Origin: a virus
Taxonomy: Duplodnaviria > Caudoviricetes
DNA: 56,799 nt
Reading direction: 5' to 3' (one strand)
Virus record (IMG/VR): IMGVR_UViG_3300049783_001292
Span: 1 to 56,799 of that record
Below are positions 17,733 through 27,967 of this stretch, one piece after another. A model generated the notes under the pieces. The model ran no database searches. It was not told the DNA's origin and saw nothing but the letters and a program-made list of their open reading frames with translations. Position 1 is the stretch's first letter. Each line of letters opens with the position of its first letter. Both the position numbers and the translations under genes were made by a program.

Positions 17733-18064
17733 TGCCAGATCAAGGTATATCATTTTTCAAACAATTATTTGGTAATGGATTTGGCTATCTTTGGTTTGTT
17801 TTCCTAGCAGCATGGGGAGGCACAGTGAGTTACATCACTCGAAAGAAAAGCGACAAGTCTCCCTTTTCAATTTTTGAGTTAATCGGCGAATGGGTTATCT
17901 CCGGCTTTTCTGGCCTGATCACAGCGTTTATCTGCCAAGAAATGAATATCCCTTTTATGTATACGGCTGCGGCGGCCGGTGTTGCTGGTCACATGGGCGG
18001 CAGAGGAATATATTTAATTGAAGCATTCCTCAGAAAGCGCATTGGGCTACCTGGTGACAAATAG
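17732..18064 (+). CDS. Phage holin (LydA-like)
   Basis: AAWGGTVSY, ISGFSGL, AGVAGHMGGR; three TM segments. Confidence 0.85.
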   Translation: MPDQGISFFKQLFGNGFGYLWFVFLAAWGGTVSYITRKKSDKSPFSIFELIGEWVISGFSGLITAFICQEMNIPFMYTAAAAGVAGHMGGRGIYLIEAFLRKRIGLPGDK

Positions 18065-18753
18065 TGGCGAACAACTGGCAGGCATTACAGGCTGAGTTTA
18101 CCAAAGCGCATGCTGAAACGGGCATCAAAGTAAAAGAATGGTGCGAGTCAAAAGGCATAAACTATTCTTCAGCACGACGCTACATCAAGATAACCAAGGC
18201 CAAGGCTAAAGTTAAAACTCAAGTCAAAGCAAGAGCAATGGCTGAGAATAAAAATTTAGGCGCATTAAAGCATGGCGGCTACAGCAAATATTTTAACACT
18301 GACATAACAGCATTAGTTTCAGATACAGATTTAACTGACGAACTAGCGTTATGCCGATCGCGCATTCATTTAGTTGTTTGCACGATTGAAGAAATTCAAC
18401 GTCGACTAGAACAACGCCCTAGGGTTGAAGTTGACATAGCGGCTAGCCTGTTCGATTCATTGCTAAAAGCTGATATTGCACTCGATAGAAACGTTGCCCG
18501 AGCAGAATCGATAACCAAAACATTATCCTCTATTCGCCTGGACGATTTAAACGAATATAAAATCATGGCTGATACGGATCGTAGCATTCAGATAACAAAA
18601 TCAACGATAATTAATACTAAGAAATCTATTGTACAAACTGAGCTAGTCGAATTACAAATCAAGAAAGCTGAAAAAGAAATGGGCGGCACAAGTAAGCTTG
18701 ATAAGTACATTGATAGCTTAACCGGTAACGGTGTTGATGTGGTGGTCGGGTAA
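18064..18753 (+). CDS. Terminase small subunit
   Basis: N-terminal HTH (WCESKGINYSSARRYI), ALKHGGYS; precedes TerL. Confidence 0.85.
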   Translation: MANNWQALQAEFTKAHAETGIKVKEWCESKGINYSSARRYIKITKAKAKVKTQVKARAMAENKNLGALKHGGYSKYFNTDITALVSDTDLTDELALCRSRIHLVVCTIEEIQRRLEQRPRVEVDIAASLFDSLLKADIALDRNVARAESITKTLSSIRLDDLNEYKIMADTDRSIQITKSTIINTKKSIVQTELVELQIKKAEKEMGGTSKLDKYIDSLTGNGVDVVVG

Positions 18754-20486
18754 TGCAGCCCAATACCGCTAAATACTCAACAGATACTTGGCTAACGAGT
18801 GAAGAACGTTTTGAACTCGATGAAGCAGAGCTATTAGAACGGTGCGGCCCTTATTTAGATTGCTGGTGGTGGCGTATGAATAACTTATACATCATTGCTA
18901 ACGAGTATGGCCAACCTGTGCTGTTTCGTTGTCGTAAAGCGCAAGCCTTTTTGTTTTGTGTGATGTGGTTTTTAAACATCATATTAAAAGCGAGGCAACT
19001 CGGATTCAGTACAGCGATTCAAATTTTTATCTTAGACCATGCGCTATTTAATAATGATAGACAGTGCGGCGTTATCGCCCAAGGGCTAAGTGAAGCAACG
19101 GCAATATTTGCCAGTAAAATTTTATACCCTTACGTTCGACTCCCTTCCTGGTTAAAGACCGGTAGCAGGGCTGTTACTTCTAAAACATCGACGAGTATTT
19201 ATTTTGCTAATGATTCTTATGTGCGTATCGCTGTTAGTTTCCGATCTGGAACCTTACAAGTGCTGCACGTTTCAGAATATGGAAAAATTTGCGCTCAATA
19301 TCCGCTTAGGGCCGATGAAGTGCAAAGCGGCTCCCTCAACGCTATACATAAAGGCAGTTTATTATTCGTTGAAAGCACCGCTGAAGGTGCGGCGGGGAAC
19401 TTTTTTGATATGTCGGTTGAAGCTATGGAGCTATTGGCAGCAAGCATACCGCTGACGCACCAGGACTTTAAGTTTCACTTCTTTCCGTGGTTTGATGATC
19501 CCAAGTATGTTTTAGCCGCACCCGACAGCGGTTTAAAACTCACCAAGCCACAAATAAAATATTTCACGGCAGTAGAAGTTGCCATGAAAGTCACACTTAG
19601 CGACGAACAGAAGAACTGGTATATCGCTAAAGAACGTACACAAAAGCAAAAAATGAAGCAAGAATTCCCATCCACTGCGATGGAAGCATTCTTAACGTCT
19701 GGCCGCAAAGTCTTTGATACCGATGATTTGATGCGTGTTGAAGGTCGTTGTAGTAAACCGCTCATTGTTTATGACATAGAGCCAACAACCGGCAAGATGA
19801 AAAAAGTTACTGCCAAGGTCGATTTAACCTCTAAAGCGACTGATAAATTAAACATGGCCGCTGCGGGTTATCTTTTAGTGTGGGAATTGCCCGACAAAGA
19901 TGAAGACTACGCTATTGGCGGCGATGTAGCTGAAGGTTTAGAACATGGCGATAGAAGTTCACTTGATGTTGTTGCTAAAAGTGATGGCAGACAAGTGGCG
20001 CATTGGTTTGGTCATATTGATACCAAGCGTTTCGCAAGATTAATGGCGCACGTTGGCCGACTTTACAACATGGCATACCTTGGGCCTGAACGAAATAATC
20101 ATGGTCACGCCGTATTGCAAGAACTGGTAGAAATTTATCCAGTGGCCCGAATTTATAAAGAAGAACACATAGATCGTGAAGATGCCGATGAAGAAACCGC
20201 AAAAGTGGGTTGGCATACCTCGGCACAATCCAAACCTATGCTGACCGGCTCGTTTGAAGATTTACTCGCTAATGATGCTGATGGCCTTAGATGGCGCGGC
20301 ACGTTAGCTGAATTTAATATATTTGTTTACGACAAAAAAGGACGAATGGGCGCTCAATCTGGTGGTTTTGATGATCAGGTTATGAGTTATCTTATCGCAC
20401 AAGAAATGCGGGCAAGAATGCCAAAACGTCACATTGTCGATGATTCTAATGCTGAACATAACCCTAATCACTGGATGGCCCGTTAA
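18753..20486 (+). CDS. Terminase large subunit
   Basis: ILKARQLGFST Walker A, LHVSE Walker B, ESTAEG, GGDVAEG and DDQVMS nuclease motifs. Confidence 0.95.
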   Translation: MQPNTAKYSTDTWLTSEERFELDEAELLERCGPYLDCWWWRMNNLYIIANEYGQPVLFRCRKAQAFLFCVMWFLNIILKARQLGFSTAIQIFILDHALFNNDRQCGVIAQGLSEATAIFASKILYPYVRLPSWLKTGSRAVTSKTSTSIYFANDSYVRIAVSFRSGTLQVLHVSEYGKICAQYPLRADEVQSGSLNAIHKGSLLFVESTAEGAAGNFFDMSVEAMELLAASIPLTHQDFKFHFFPWFDDPKYVLAAPDSGLKLTKPQIKYFTAVEVAMKVTLSDEQKNWYIAKERTQKQKMKQEFPSTAMEAFLTSGRKVFDTDDLMRVEGRCSKPLIVYDIEPTTGKMKKVTAKVDLTSKATDKLNMAAAGYLLVWELPDKDEDYAIGGDVAEGLEHGDRSSLDVVAKSDGRQVAHWFGHIDTKRFARLMAHVGRLYNMAYLGPERNNHGHAVLQELVEIYPVARIYKEEHIDREDADEETAKVGWHTSAQSKPMLTGSFEDLLANDADGLRWRGTLAEFNIFVYDKKGRMGAQSGGFDDQVMSYLIAQEMRARMPKRHIVDDSNAEHNPNHWMAR

Positions 20487-22582
20487 TGGTTGATCACGTT
20501 AAAAAATTAGAAGAAGGCTTCACTCTCAAGCAGTTAATGGACTTAATGGGCGCTGTTGATATTCAACCGGATTGGCGCACCCCTGCCAATATTGCTTGTG
20601 CTTATTATGATGGTGATCAGCTTAGCGATATGATCCGCCAGGTATTGCAAGAGCGTGGACAGCCCGAAATCGTTCATAACATGATTGGTCCTACAATCGA
20701 TGGCGTATTAGGCATGGAAGCTAGAACCCGTAATGACCTGTTGATCAGTGCTGATGATGATGAAGGTGAAGAACTTGCTCAAGCTATTAATGAAAAGTTT
20801 AAAGATGCGTGGCGTTTAGCCGGTGCAGATAGAGCCTGTTCGGATGCGTATGCCTCACAATTAAAAGCAGGGTTAGGCTGGGTTGAAGTTACACGAAACC
20901 CGATACCCTTTGAAGCGGCGTACCGCATTAAATACATTCACCGACGTAATATCTGGTGGGATTGGCATTCTACAGAGATTGATAGAGCCGATGCTCGATG
21001 GAAGATGCACAAAAAATGGGTTGATCTTGATGAAGCTACCGCGACGTTTCCGGACCATGCTGAAATCCTAAAAAACTCAGTTAATGAGTGGCAAGACTTT
21101 ATTCAATCCGAAGATTTTAACGGCCAAGATCCGAACTTACATGCCGCATGGCATGAGTTTGACAGTTGGGACAGAACACAAGCGGAATGGCTAGACAGTG
21201 AGCGCAAGCGCGTATTGCTGCAAGTTGTTCAGTATAAAGTATGGAAACGTGCGCATGTTATTAAACTCTCTGATGGCCAAGTGCTTGAGTTCGATAAAGA
21301 CAACGAGGTTCATGTAGCTGCAGTACAGTCGGGTAAAGTAAAGCTCGAGTATGCAGCATTCCCTAAAATGCGTGAAGCCTGGTTCGTTGGTCCACATCGC
21401 ATTACTGATAGAGCAAGCCTAGCACCGGATGGCAAAGATTCATTAACCGCTTTTATTGGCTATCAAAAAGATTCAAGTGGCGAACCTTATGGCTTAGTCA
21501 GTCGCATGATACCGGCTCAAGACGGTATTAACGCCAGGGTAATTCGCCTTAACTTTTTATTACAAGCGCGTCGTATTATTGCTGACAGTGATGCGACTGA
21601 CTTAAGTGAGCGTCGATTAAAAGAAGAAGTTGAAAAGCCTGATGGTTATATATCGCTAAACCCCGATCGTAAAAACAAGAACTCGGCAAGTGATGCGTTC
21701 AGCGTTCAAAATGATATAGGTATCGCAGCGCAACAATTTAACTTGATGCAAAACGATATGAAGTTAATCCAAGATTGTGCGGGTGTTTACTCGTCAATGT
21801 TGGGCCAAGACTCTAACGCAACGTCGGGTGTGGCTATATCGAACTTAGTCGAGCAAGGCACGACAACGCTTGCTGAAGTTAACGATAACTTTCATTACTC
21901 ACGGAACAAAGTCGCTGACATACTCATGGCGTACATTATTGAAGATATGAGCGGTCGTGACAACATCGACGTTACTGTTAACCGAAACGATAAAGCCCGT
22001 AAAAAAGTCATTCGAGTTAATGGTATTGAAGAAGGGAGTGATAAGCGCACGAACGATGTGACACGTTTTAAAGGTCATATTGCGTTAGTGCCTGTACCTA
22101 CAACGCCAACATATCGACAACAGCAAGCTAATTTGTTGACGCAAGCGATGGGTAAGCTACCGGAATCCGCACAAGCGGCCGTCGTGCCAATGCTCGTTGA
22201 ATTGATGGACTTACCCAATAAGGAAGAGTTCTTAAGCACCATTCGTCAAGCGCTTAACATTCCAAAAGCTCAAGAAGATATGAGTGAAGAAGAGTTAGCA
22301 GCACAAGGCCAGGAGAAAGAAAAAGCCGATATGCTTGAGCAAATGCAAATGCAAGAAATGCAAACGCAAATGAAAAAAATCGTGCTTGAAAACGAAAAGC
22401 TAGGTGCGCAAATACTTGAGATACAAAGTAAAGCGGAAACTGAGCAAGTCAAAGACGACAAGTTAGTCGCTGAAACTGAGCAAATCCTTACTAACATTGA
22501 GAAAAACAAAGCTGAAATTGCGGCTATGCGCTCAACTATAACCAATGACATTAATTCTAAACTAGACGAGATACAGGCTTAG
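20486..22582 (+). CDS. Portal protein (P22-like)
   Basis: 698 aa following TerL; YYDGDQ, NMIGPTID, SGVAI motifs; C-terminal coiled coil. Confidence 0.92.
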   Translation: MVDHVKKLEEGFTLKQLMDLMGAVDIQPDWRTPANIACAYYDGDQLSDMIRQVLQERGQPEIVHNMIGPTIDGVLGMEARTRNDLLISADDDEGEELAQAINEKFKDAWRLAGADRACSDAYASQLKAGLGWVEVTRNPIPFEAAYRIKYIHRRNIWWDWHSTEIDRADARWKMHKKWVDLDEATATFPDHAEILKNSVNEWQDFIQSEDFNGQDPNLHAAWHEFDSWDRTQAEWLDSERKRVLLQVVQYKVWKRAHVIKLSDGQVLEFDKDNEVHVAAVQSGKVKLEYAAFPKMREAWFVGPHRITDRASLAPDGKDSLTAFIGYQKDSSGEPYGLVSRMIPAQDGINARVIRLNFLLQARRIIADSDATDLSERRLKEEVEKPDGYISLNPDRKNKNSASDAFSVQNDIGIAAQQFNLMQNDMKLIQDCAGVYSSMLGQDSNATSGVAISNLVEQGTTTLAEVNDNFHYSRNKVADILMAYIIEDMSGRDNIDVTVNRNDKARKKVIRVNGIEEGSDKRTNDVTRFKGHIALVPVPTTPTYRQQQANLLTQAMGKLPESAQAAVVPMLVELMDLPNKEEFLSTIRQALNIPKAQEDMSEEELAAQGQEKEKADMLEQMQMQEMQTQMKKIVLENEKLGAQILEIQSKAETEQVKDDKLVAETEQILTNIEKNKAEIAAMRSTITNDINSKLDEIQA

Positions 22583-22584
22583 AT

Positions 22585-23298
22585 ATGACTGAATTAAAAG
22601 AAACAATCAACGTAATTATTGACGGTGACGAACAGGCTGTTGTCCATATCCGTGAAGTGATGGCTGAGTTTCAGTGTCATAAAGTGGTGATGGCAGCAAA
22701 AATAACCGAAATTGATGAATCTAACGGTAACTGTGATACTTCCATGGAGCTTACCCTACCTGATACTGATATCTCCATGACGTATATTGCGCCACTTGAA
22801 GTGATTGCTCGTTACATGCCTGTAGTTGGTGACTATGTTGTTCTATATGAAAACGATTATGTTTCCATTAGCCCTAAACAGGCATTTGAAGATGGTTATA
22901 GTCAAATTCAGTTTACTAACCTTGGTGATGAATTAAATATCCCCACTGAAAACATGGACCAAATCACGGCGATTGCTAAAATGTGCCATGAAGTATTAAG
23001 CGCCTATTGCTTGGCATTGCGCGAAGAACAAACGCTCTGGTCTGAATTAAGTGATGAAGCGCGAGATAAAATTATTGGTCGTGTCGCTTTTATTATTCTT
23101 AACCCTGATGCCAAAGCTCAAGCTAATCATGATGTTTGGATGCTTAAGATGCTATCGAATGGTTGGACATACGGAAAAGCTAATGACACTGCTAAGAAAA
23201 AGCATTCGAGCCTAGTGCCGTTTCATCATTTACCCACTGAGCAACAAGCCAAGGACCATATCTTTAACGCGATAGTTCGACAAGCTATCGATAGTTAG
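22585..23298 (+). CDS. Two-domain protein: SPKxxFExxY-type domain plus RyR domain
   Basis: GDYVVLYENDYVSISPKQAFEDGY; HDVWMLKMLSNGWTYG...KKHSSLVPFHHLPTEQQAKD. Confidence 0.75.
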   Translation: MTELKETINVIIDGDEQAVVHIREVMAEFQCHKVVMAAKITEIDESNGNCDTSMELTLPDTDISMTYIAPLEVIARYMPVVGDYVVLYENDYVSISPKQAFEDGYSQIQFTNLGDELNIPTENMDQITAIAKMCHEVLSAYCLALREEQTLWSELSDEARDKIIGRVAFIILNPDAKAQANHDVWMLKMLSNGWTYGKANDTAKKKHSSLVPFHHLPTEQQAKDHIFNAIVRQAIDS

Positions 23299-23355
23299 TT
23301 TACCCCAAGGGCTAGCCTTTACCATCAAGGGCTAGCCTTTGCCCTAAGCAAATAC

Positions 23356-23392
23356 AAAAAAGCCACCTTTGAATTTTTCGAGGTGGCTTTTT
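23356..23392. terminator. Bidirectional intrinsic terminator
   Basis: AAAAAGCCACCT...AGGTGGCTTTTT. Confidence 0.75.
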
Positions 23393-23466
23393 TGTGGCTG
23401 TTTTTTAGCACAATTCGCAATGGCAGCGATACGCCTGAACTTAATAAATTCGTAACCATACGATAA

Positions 23467-24531
23467 ATGGTCGAGGAAACAAACGTGAGTAAAGACTTTG
23501 ATGAAATTTTAGCATCTGGTGATGAAGCCGCAATTGAAGCAGCTTTGGCAGAAATGGAAACCAGTGGTGACGTTCTCTTTAGTGAAGAAGATGACGAAAC
23601 CGCACCGGTAGAAGCTCCAGTAGAAGCACCAGCAGTTGTTGAACCTATCGCAGAAAATGACGTAGCAACACCGGAACCGTCACCCGCTGACACGACAGTT
23701 AAACAACCAGGCGTTAGAGAAATAGATGGCAAGCTTTACGCTGAAATCTCAGCCGATAACGCAGTAATACAATCGAAAAACGGTAAACACCATGTTCCTT
23801 ACGATGTGCTAGCAAACGCACGACAAGAGACTATGAGCACCAAAGCGCAATTGGATGAACTCACACAAGCGAATTCCAAGCTACAAGTTAGCTTCGACGA
23901 AACAAAACGCGTCAGTGAATTATATTCAAAGCAATTAGGTGATGCCGGTTTAGATCCAGAATTACTACCCGAACAAATGCTAAAAGACCCTGCGCTCATG
24001 GCGCAAATCAAAGAAGACTATCCACAAATCGGTGAATTGGTTGGCGCACTAGCAAGTCAGTTAGAGCAAAAATCAGCGCAAGCGGCAGCTTCACAAGCAG
24101 AAGCCCCGCAAGCACAAGCACCGGTTGCCGCAGATCCCTTTCGAGCAGCATTTGAGCAAACAGCCCACTTAAAAGCGTGGCAAGCAGATGATATTGACCG
24201 CTGGGATTTTGCGCAAAAAGTGGATAGCCGACTCGCTGAAGATCCCTTGTTTGAAAGCAAACCCTTAGCGGAGCGCTTGGCAGAAGTAGAACGTCGCACA
24301 ATGGCGGCGTTTGGTGATGAATTACCGGCATTAGCTGAAAAACAATCACCCTCTACCAACCCTAAAGCTCCAATCCCAAATACCCCGACTGACATAGGAC
24401 ACCAGGGCAGCGATACGAACCCTCATGCTCATATTTTAGACCAGGACGCAGGGTCAATGACCACGCAAATGGAAAGTATGACTGAAGCACAAATCGAAGC
24501 CCTGTTGTCTGATGCGTCGAATTTTCTCTAG
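23467..24531 (+). CDS. Capsid scaffolding protein (start possibly GTG 23485)
   Basis: Acidic, Pro/Ala-rich; KNGKHHVPYDVL; immediately precedes the capsid gene. Confidence 0.8.
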   Translation: MVEETNVSKDFDEILASGDEAAIEAALAEMETSGDVLFSEEDDETAPVEAPVEAPAVVEPIAENDVATPEPSPADTTVKQPGVREIDGKLYAEISADNAVIQSKNGKHHVPYDVLANARQETMSTKAQLDELTQANSKLQVSFDETKRVSELYSKQLGDAGLDPELLPEQMLKDPALMAQIKEDYPQIGELVGALASQLEQKSAQAAASQAEAPQAQAPVAADPFRAAFEQTAHLKAWQADDIDRWDFAQKVDSRLAEDPLFESKPLAERLAEVERRTMAAFGDELPALAEKQSPSTNPKAPIPNTPTDIGHQGSDTNPHAHILDQDAGSMTTQMESMTEAQIEALLSDASNFL

Positions 24532-24540
24532 GAAAAAACA

Positions 24541-25752
24541 ATGACAACTATTACCAAAGCTCAGGCAGCTAAAGCGTTTGGTGCTGCGTTATTCACGCAC
24601 ACTCGTCGTCAAAACTCATTCGTTAACATGCTTACTGGCTCTGCTCCACAAGCCGCTAAGAAAGATGGTAACAAAGGCAAAAACCAAACGGAAAAGGGCG
24701 CACCTATCGTTATGATTAACGATTTAGCGTCACAAGCCGGTGATGCGGTTGAAATGGATTTATTCCACAACCTAAACGGTTTGCCGACTATGGGTGATCG
24801 TAAGTTAGAAGGTCGCGGTGAAGATTTATCGAAAACAACGTTCGAGCTTGGCATTAACCAAGGCCGTAAGATGGTAGATAGCGGCGGTAAAATGTCGCAA
24901 AAGCGTACTAAGCATAACTTACTTAGCACTGCCAAAACCTTACTTGGTAACTTCTTCAATGATTATCAAGATGAAATCTCTATGTACCATTTAGCCGGTG
25001 CGCGTGGCTCATTTGCGGGTGATGATATTATTATCCCACTAAGTAATCATGAAGAATTTGAAGACATTATGGTTAACCCTGTAATGGCGCCAACGTATGA
25101 CCGTCATATTTTTGGTGGTGATGCGACGAACTTTCAATCCCTTGATGCTGCCGACATTATGACAATGGATAAGTTAGATGATTTAGCGTTGATTTTGGAA
25201 GAGCAAAGTCACCCAATCAAACATATTCAGTTTGAAGCCGATCAAATGTCAAATGAAGACCCGTTCTTCTTGTTGTTCGTCACCCCTCGCCAGTGGCGCG
25301 ATCTGTACGCTTCTGCAACGGATAAAAAATTACAAGAGTTACAGGCTCGTGCAATGAAGCGTGGTAGCGGCTTTAATCATGCCGTATTCAAAGGTGATGT
25401 AATCATGTGGCGCAACATTCTTGTGCGTCAGTATCGCAAGCCAGTACGTTTCTATGCCGGTGATGAAGTCGCTGTATCGAACAACAACAAGCTAGCAACA
25501 ACCTCAATACAAACAGCCAGTGTTGATATTGATCGCGCTATTTTGTTAGGCGGTCAGTCATTAGCGAATGCTTACGGTGGTTCAAGCTCAGGCTCTCACT
25601 TTTCAATGACTACTGAAAAAACCGATCATGGTAATGGTCGCGAAACTTCAATTGGTTGGATGAACGGTTGTAAGAAAGTGCGCTTTGCTGAAAAGTCTGG
25701 TCGCATTAACGATTACGGTACCATGATTTTAGATACGGCTGTCACGCTGTAA
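24541..25752 (+). CDS. Major capsid protein (N4-gp56/DUF4043-like)
   Basis: 403 aa; PTMGDRKLEGRGE, DYGTMILDT; position after scaffold. Confidence 0.92.
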   Translation: MTTITKAQAAKAFGAALFTHTRRQNSFVNMLTGSAPQAAKKDGNKGKNQTEKGAPIVMINDLASQAGDAVEMDLFHNLNGLPTMGDRKLEGRGEDLSKTTFELGINQGRKMVDSGGKMSQKRTKHNLLSTAKTLLGNFFNDYQDEISMYHLAGARGSFAGDDIIIPLSNHEEFEDIMVNPVMAPTYDRHIFGGDATNFQSLDAADIMTMDKLDDLALILEEQSHPIKHIQFEADQMSNEDPFFLLFVTPRQWRDLYASATDKKLQELQARAMKRGSGFNHAVFKGDVIMWRNILVRQYRKPVRFYAGDEVAVSNNNKLATTSIQTASVDIDRAILLGGQSLANAYGGSSSGSHFSMTTEKTDHGNGRETSIGWMNGCKKVRFAEKSGRINDYGTMILDTAVTL

Positions 25753-25761
25753 CTAACAACG

Positions 25762-25798
25762 AAAGGCTAGTCTTTTAAAGGGCTAGTCTTTTATTTTT
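25762..25798 (+). terminator. Terminator after the capsid gene
   Basis: AAAGGCTAGTCTT...GGGCTAGTCTTTT plus T-run. Confidence 0.65.
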
Positions 25799-25820
25799 GA
25801 TATTTTTTGGAGAAAATCCG

Positions 25821-26204
25821 ATGAAAAGAACATTTTATAAAGGCGCAATGGGCAACCTTTCGCTACACACCATGACCGTATCGTTAGCAGCATTGGCTGC
25901 GTCTGCAAAAGAAGTGTTGGAAGGTGAGTTGCCAATTGGCGCTGAAATTACCGGCGTTCGCTTTAACGTTGACGCATTGGGCGCAGATACGGAATTCAAA
26001 GTTGACTTAGTTGATAAGTCTAGTGGCTCTCGCGCTATTTTAGCGGCCACTACTTCAACCAGTGCAACCTCTGGCATTAATTCCATTAAGCCTGTGTACA
26101 TTGGCGATGAAGGTGTTTGCGATTTAGTGCTGCAAAATACGGGTACAGGTCCGGCAAGCGGTGAAGTGAGCATTAGTATTGAGTATCGCTTTAAAGGTTA
26201 CTAA
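25821..26204 (+). CDS. Putative capsid decoration/structural protein
   Basis: GGAG SD at ~25809; beta-rich; follows the capsid gene. Confidence 0.7.
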   Translation: MKRTFYKGAMGNLSLHTMTVSLAALAASAKEVLEGELPIGAEITGVRFNVDALGADTEFKVDLVDKSSGSRAILAATTSTSATSGINSIKPVYIGDEGVCDLVLQNTGTGPASGEVSISIEYRFKGY

Positions 26205-26237
26205 GCCTTACCCCGACTGAATTTTAACTTTTTAATT

Positions 26238-26268
26238 AGCCTGGCTTACTGAGTCAGGCTTTTTTATT
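26238..26268 (+). terminator. Intrinsic terminator
   Basis: AGCCTGGCT-TACTG-AGTCAGGCT-TTTTT. Confidence 0.75.
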
Positions 26269-26280
26269 GGGAATAATAAA

Positions 26281-26727
26281 ATGAGCAAGATTGATATTAC
26301 TTACATTGGCACCAAGCCGGTAAAAAAAGACACTGTTACAGGTTCGCGCCTTTTATTTCCTCGCGGCAAGCCAGTACCGGTAGAGTCTGACGTTGCACAC
26401 CAACTGCTTGATTACCCGAAAGTGTGGGCATTGGCCGATGAAGCGGAAGAAATTGTTAAAGAGCAAGCCATTAAAGCTAAAGCGATTGCTGAAAAAATAG
26501 CAAAGGAAGCCGAAGCCGAAAATAAAGCAAATTTAGACCAAAGTATGCTAGTCAATGTTAACGGTGAAACGATTGATATTGCTAAGTTTAGCGGCAACCA
26601 GCTTGAGACATTAGTTGAAGCCAATGATTTAACAATTACCGCCAAGCCTAAGCCTGTTACTCAGTATCGTGAAGCTGTGCGTAATGAATTGCGTGAGTTA
26701 AACGGCAAACCTGAACTAGAAGGTTAG
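26281..26727 (+). CDS. Conserved phage protein in the head-completion region
   Basis: YIGTKPVKKDTVTGSRLLFPRG. Confidence 0.75.
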   Translation: MSKIDITYIGTKPVKKDTVTGSRLLFPRGKPVPVESDVAHQLLDYPKVWALADEAEEIVKEQAIKAKAIAEKIAKEAEAENKANLDQSMLVNVNGETIDIAKFSGNQLETLVEANDLTITAKPKPVTQYREAVRNELRELNGKPELEG

Positions 26728-26736
26728 GAGCAGTAA

Positions 26737-27312
26737 ATGGCACAACTACGTGAACTCTTGCCATTGTTGCGGGAAAAATGCAGTGGCATGTTAGATCAGC
26801 AAGCGATTGACCAAATAAAAAAGGCTTATCGAAATTTTTGCCTTGAGTCTGGTTATCTACAACAAGTTGAAACCGTTACTCGCAGTGCTGACGGGACTAT
26901 CTTATTAACCCCACCGGTTCAGCATTACATTGGCGCTATTCAGGTAGTGATTGAAACCAAAGGCGGCAAAGTGCTTGAAAAAGGTGTGGGTTATAAGGTT
27001 GATTCAAGCCAGAACGTCACTGTCGCTCAAGGCTACGATGAAGTTCACGTTACATATTCTATTGTGCCAAAGCTTCCAATGGACGATGCCATTGATGCTA
27101 ATGATGATATTTTGCAGCGTTGGCCGGACGAGATAGCCGCCGGAGCCGCCGCTTTGTTGCGGATAATACCAGAACGGCCGTGGAGCAACCCACCACTGGC
27201 TGATTTTTATCAACGGGATTTTGTTAAGGGCCACCGCGAAGCGTTTCAACTACGTGTCGCAGCCAATGACGAGATCCAATTTCAACCTCAATCAACTCGG
27301 AACTTCTTCTAA
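26737..27312 (+). CDS. Head-tail adaptor-like protein
   Basis: IAAGAAALL..IPERPWSNP motif; position. Confidence 0.7.
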   Translation: MAQLRELLPLLREKCSGMLDQQAIDQIKKAYRNFCLESGYLQQVETVTRSADGTILLTPPVQHYIGAIQVVIETKGGKVLEKGVGYKVDSSQNVTVAQGYDEVHVTYSIVPKLPMDDAIDANDDILQRWPDEIAAGAAALLRIIPERPWSNPPLADFYQRDFVKGHREAFQLRVAANDEIQFQPQSTRNFF

Positions 27313-27965
27313 TGTCACTAGTCACCTCAAATGAAATAATTCTTAGAGTCAATAAGCTGTTAAATGACAGTGGTTTTATCCGCTGGACTAAAGAGGAACT
27401 GCTTGATTACTTTAACGATGCCCAACGCGCGATAGTTATTCGCCGCCCTGATGCTTACACCGTTGATGTAGACGACTTTGCTTGCAGCTTAGGGACTAAA
27501 CAAACCTTGCCCGCTGACGCATTGCGCTTAATTGATATTACACGCAACAGCAGTGGCCGAGCCATTAAAGGCCCGTTTGATAAAACAGTATTAGATGATA
27601 ATTACCCTAACTGGTATTCGGGTGATACGGCTACAGAAGCCGAGTTGTTTATTTATGACGAGCGCAACCCTAAAACATTTTACGTTTACCCCGGCGTTGT
27701 TGTTGCGACGAAACTAACAGCGGTTTACTCGAAAGCGCCACCGGCAATCACACTCGCGCAAAATGAAGCGCAAGAGGTTATGTCGCTTGATGATATTTAC
27801 GTTAACGCCATTATTGAGTGGATCATGTATCGCTGTTACATGAAAGATGCTGAATATGCGGCTAGCCCGAACAAAAGCATGATGCACCAAAACGCATTTA
27901 AAACGCAGATCGGTGAAAAATCACAAGCGGATAGCGCCGTTGCTGGCCAGGTAATTAAGGACTAA
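27312..27965 (+). CDS. Adaptor/tail tubular-like protein (DUF6682-like)
   Basis: RWTKEELLDYFNDAQRAIVIRRPDA; FYVYP; YRCYMKDAE. Confidence 0.75.
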   Translation: MSLVTSNEIILRVNKLLNDSGFIRWTKEELLDYFNDAQRAIVIRRPDAYTVDVDDFACSLGTKQTLPADALRLIDITRNSSGRAIKGPFDKTVLDDNYPNWYSGDTATEAELFIYDERNPKTFYVYPGVVVATKLTAVYSKAPPAITLAQNEAQEVMSLDDIYVNAIIEWIMYRCYMKDAEYAASPNKSMMHQNAFKTQIGEKSQADSAVAGQVIKD

Positions 27966-27967
27966 TC

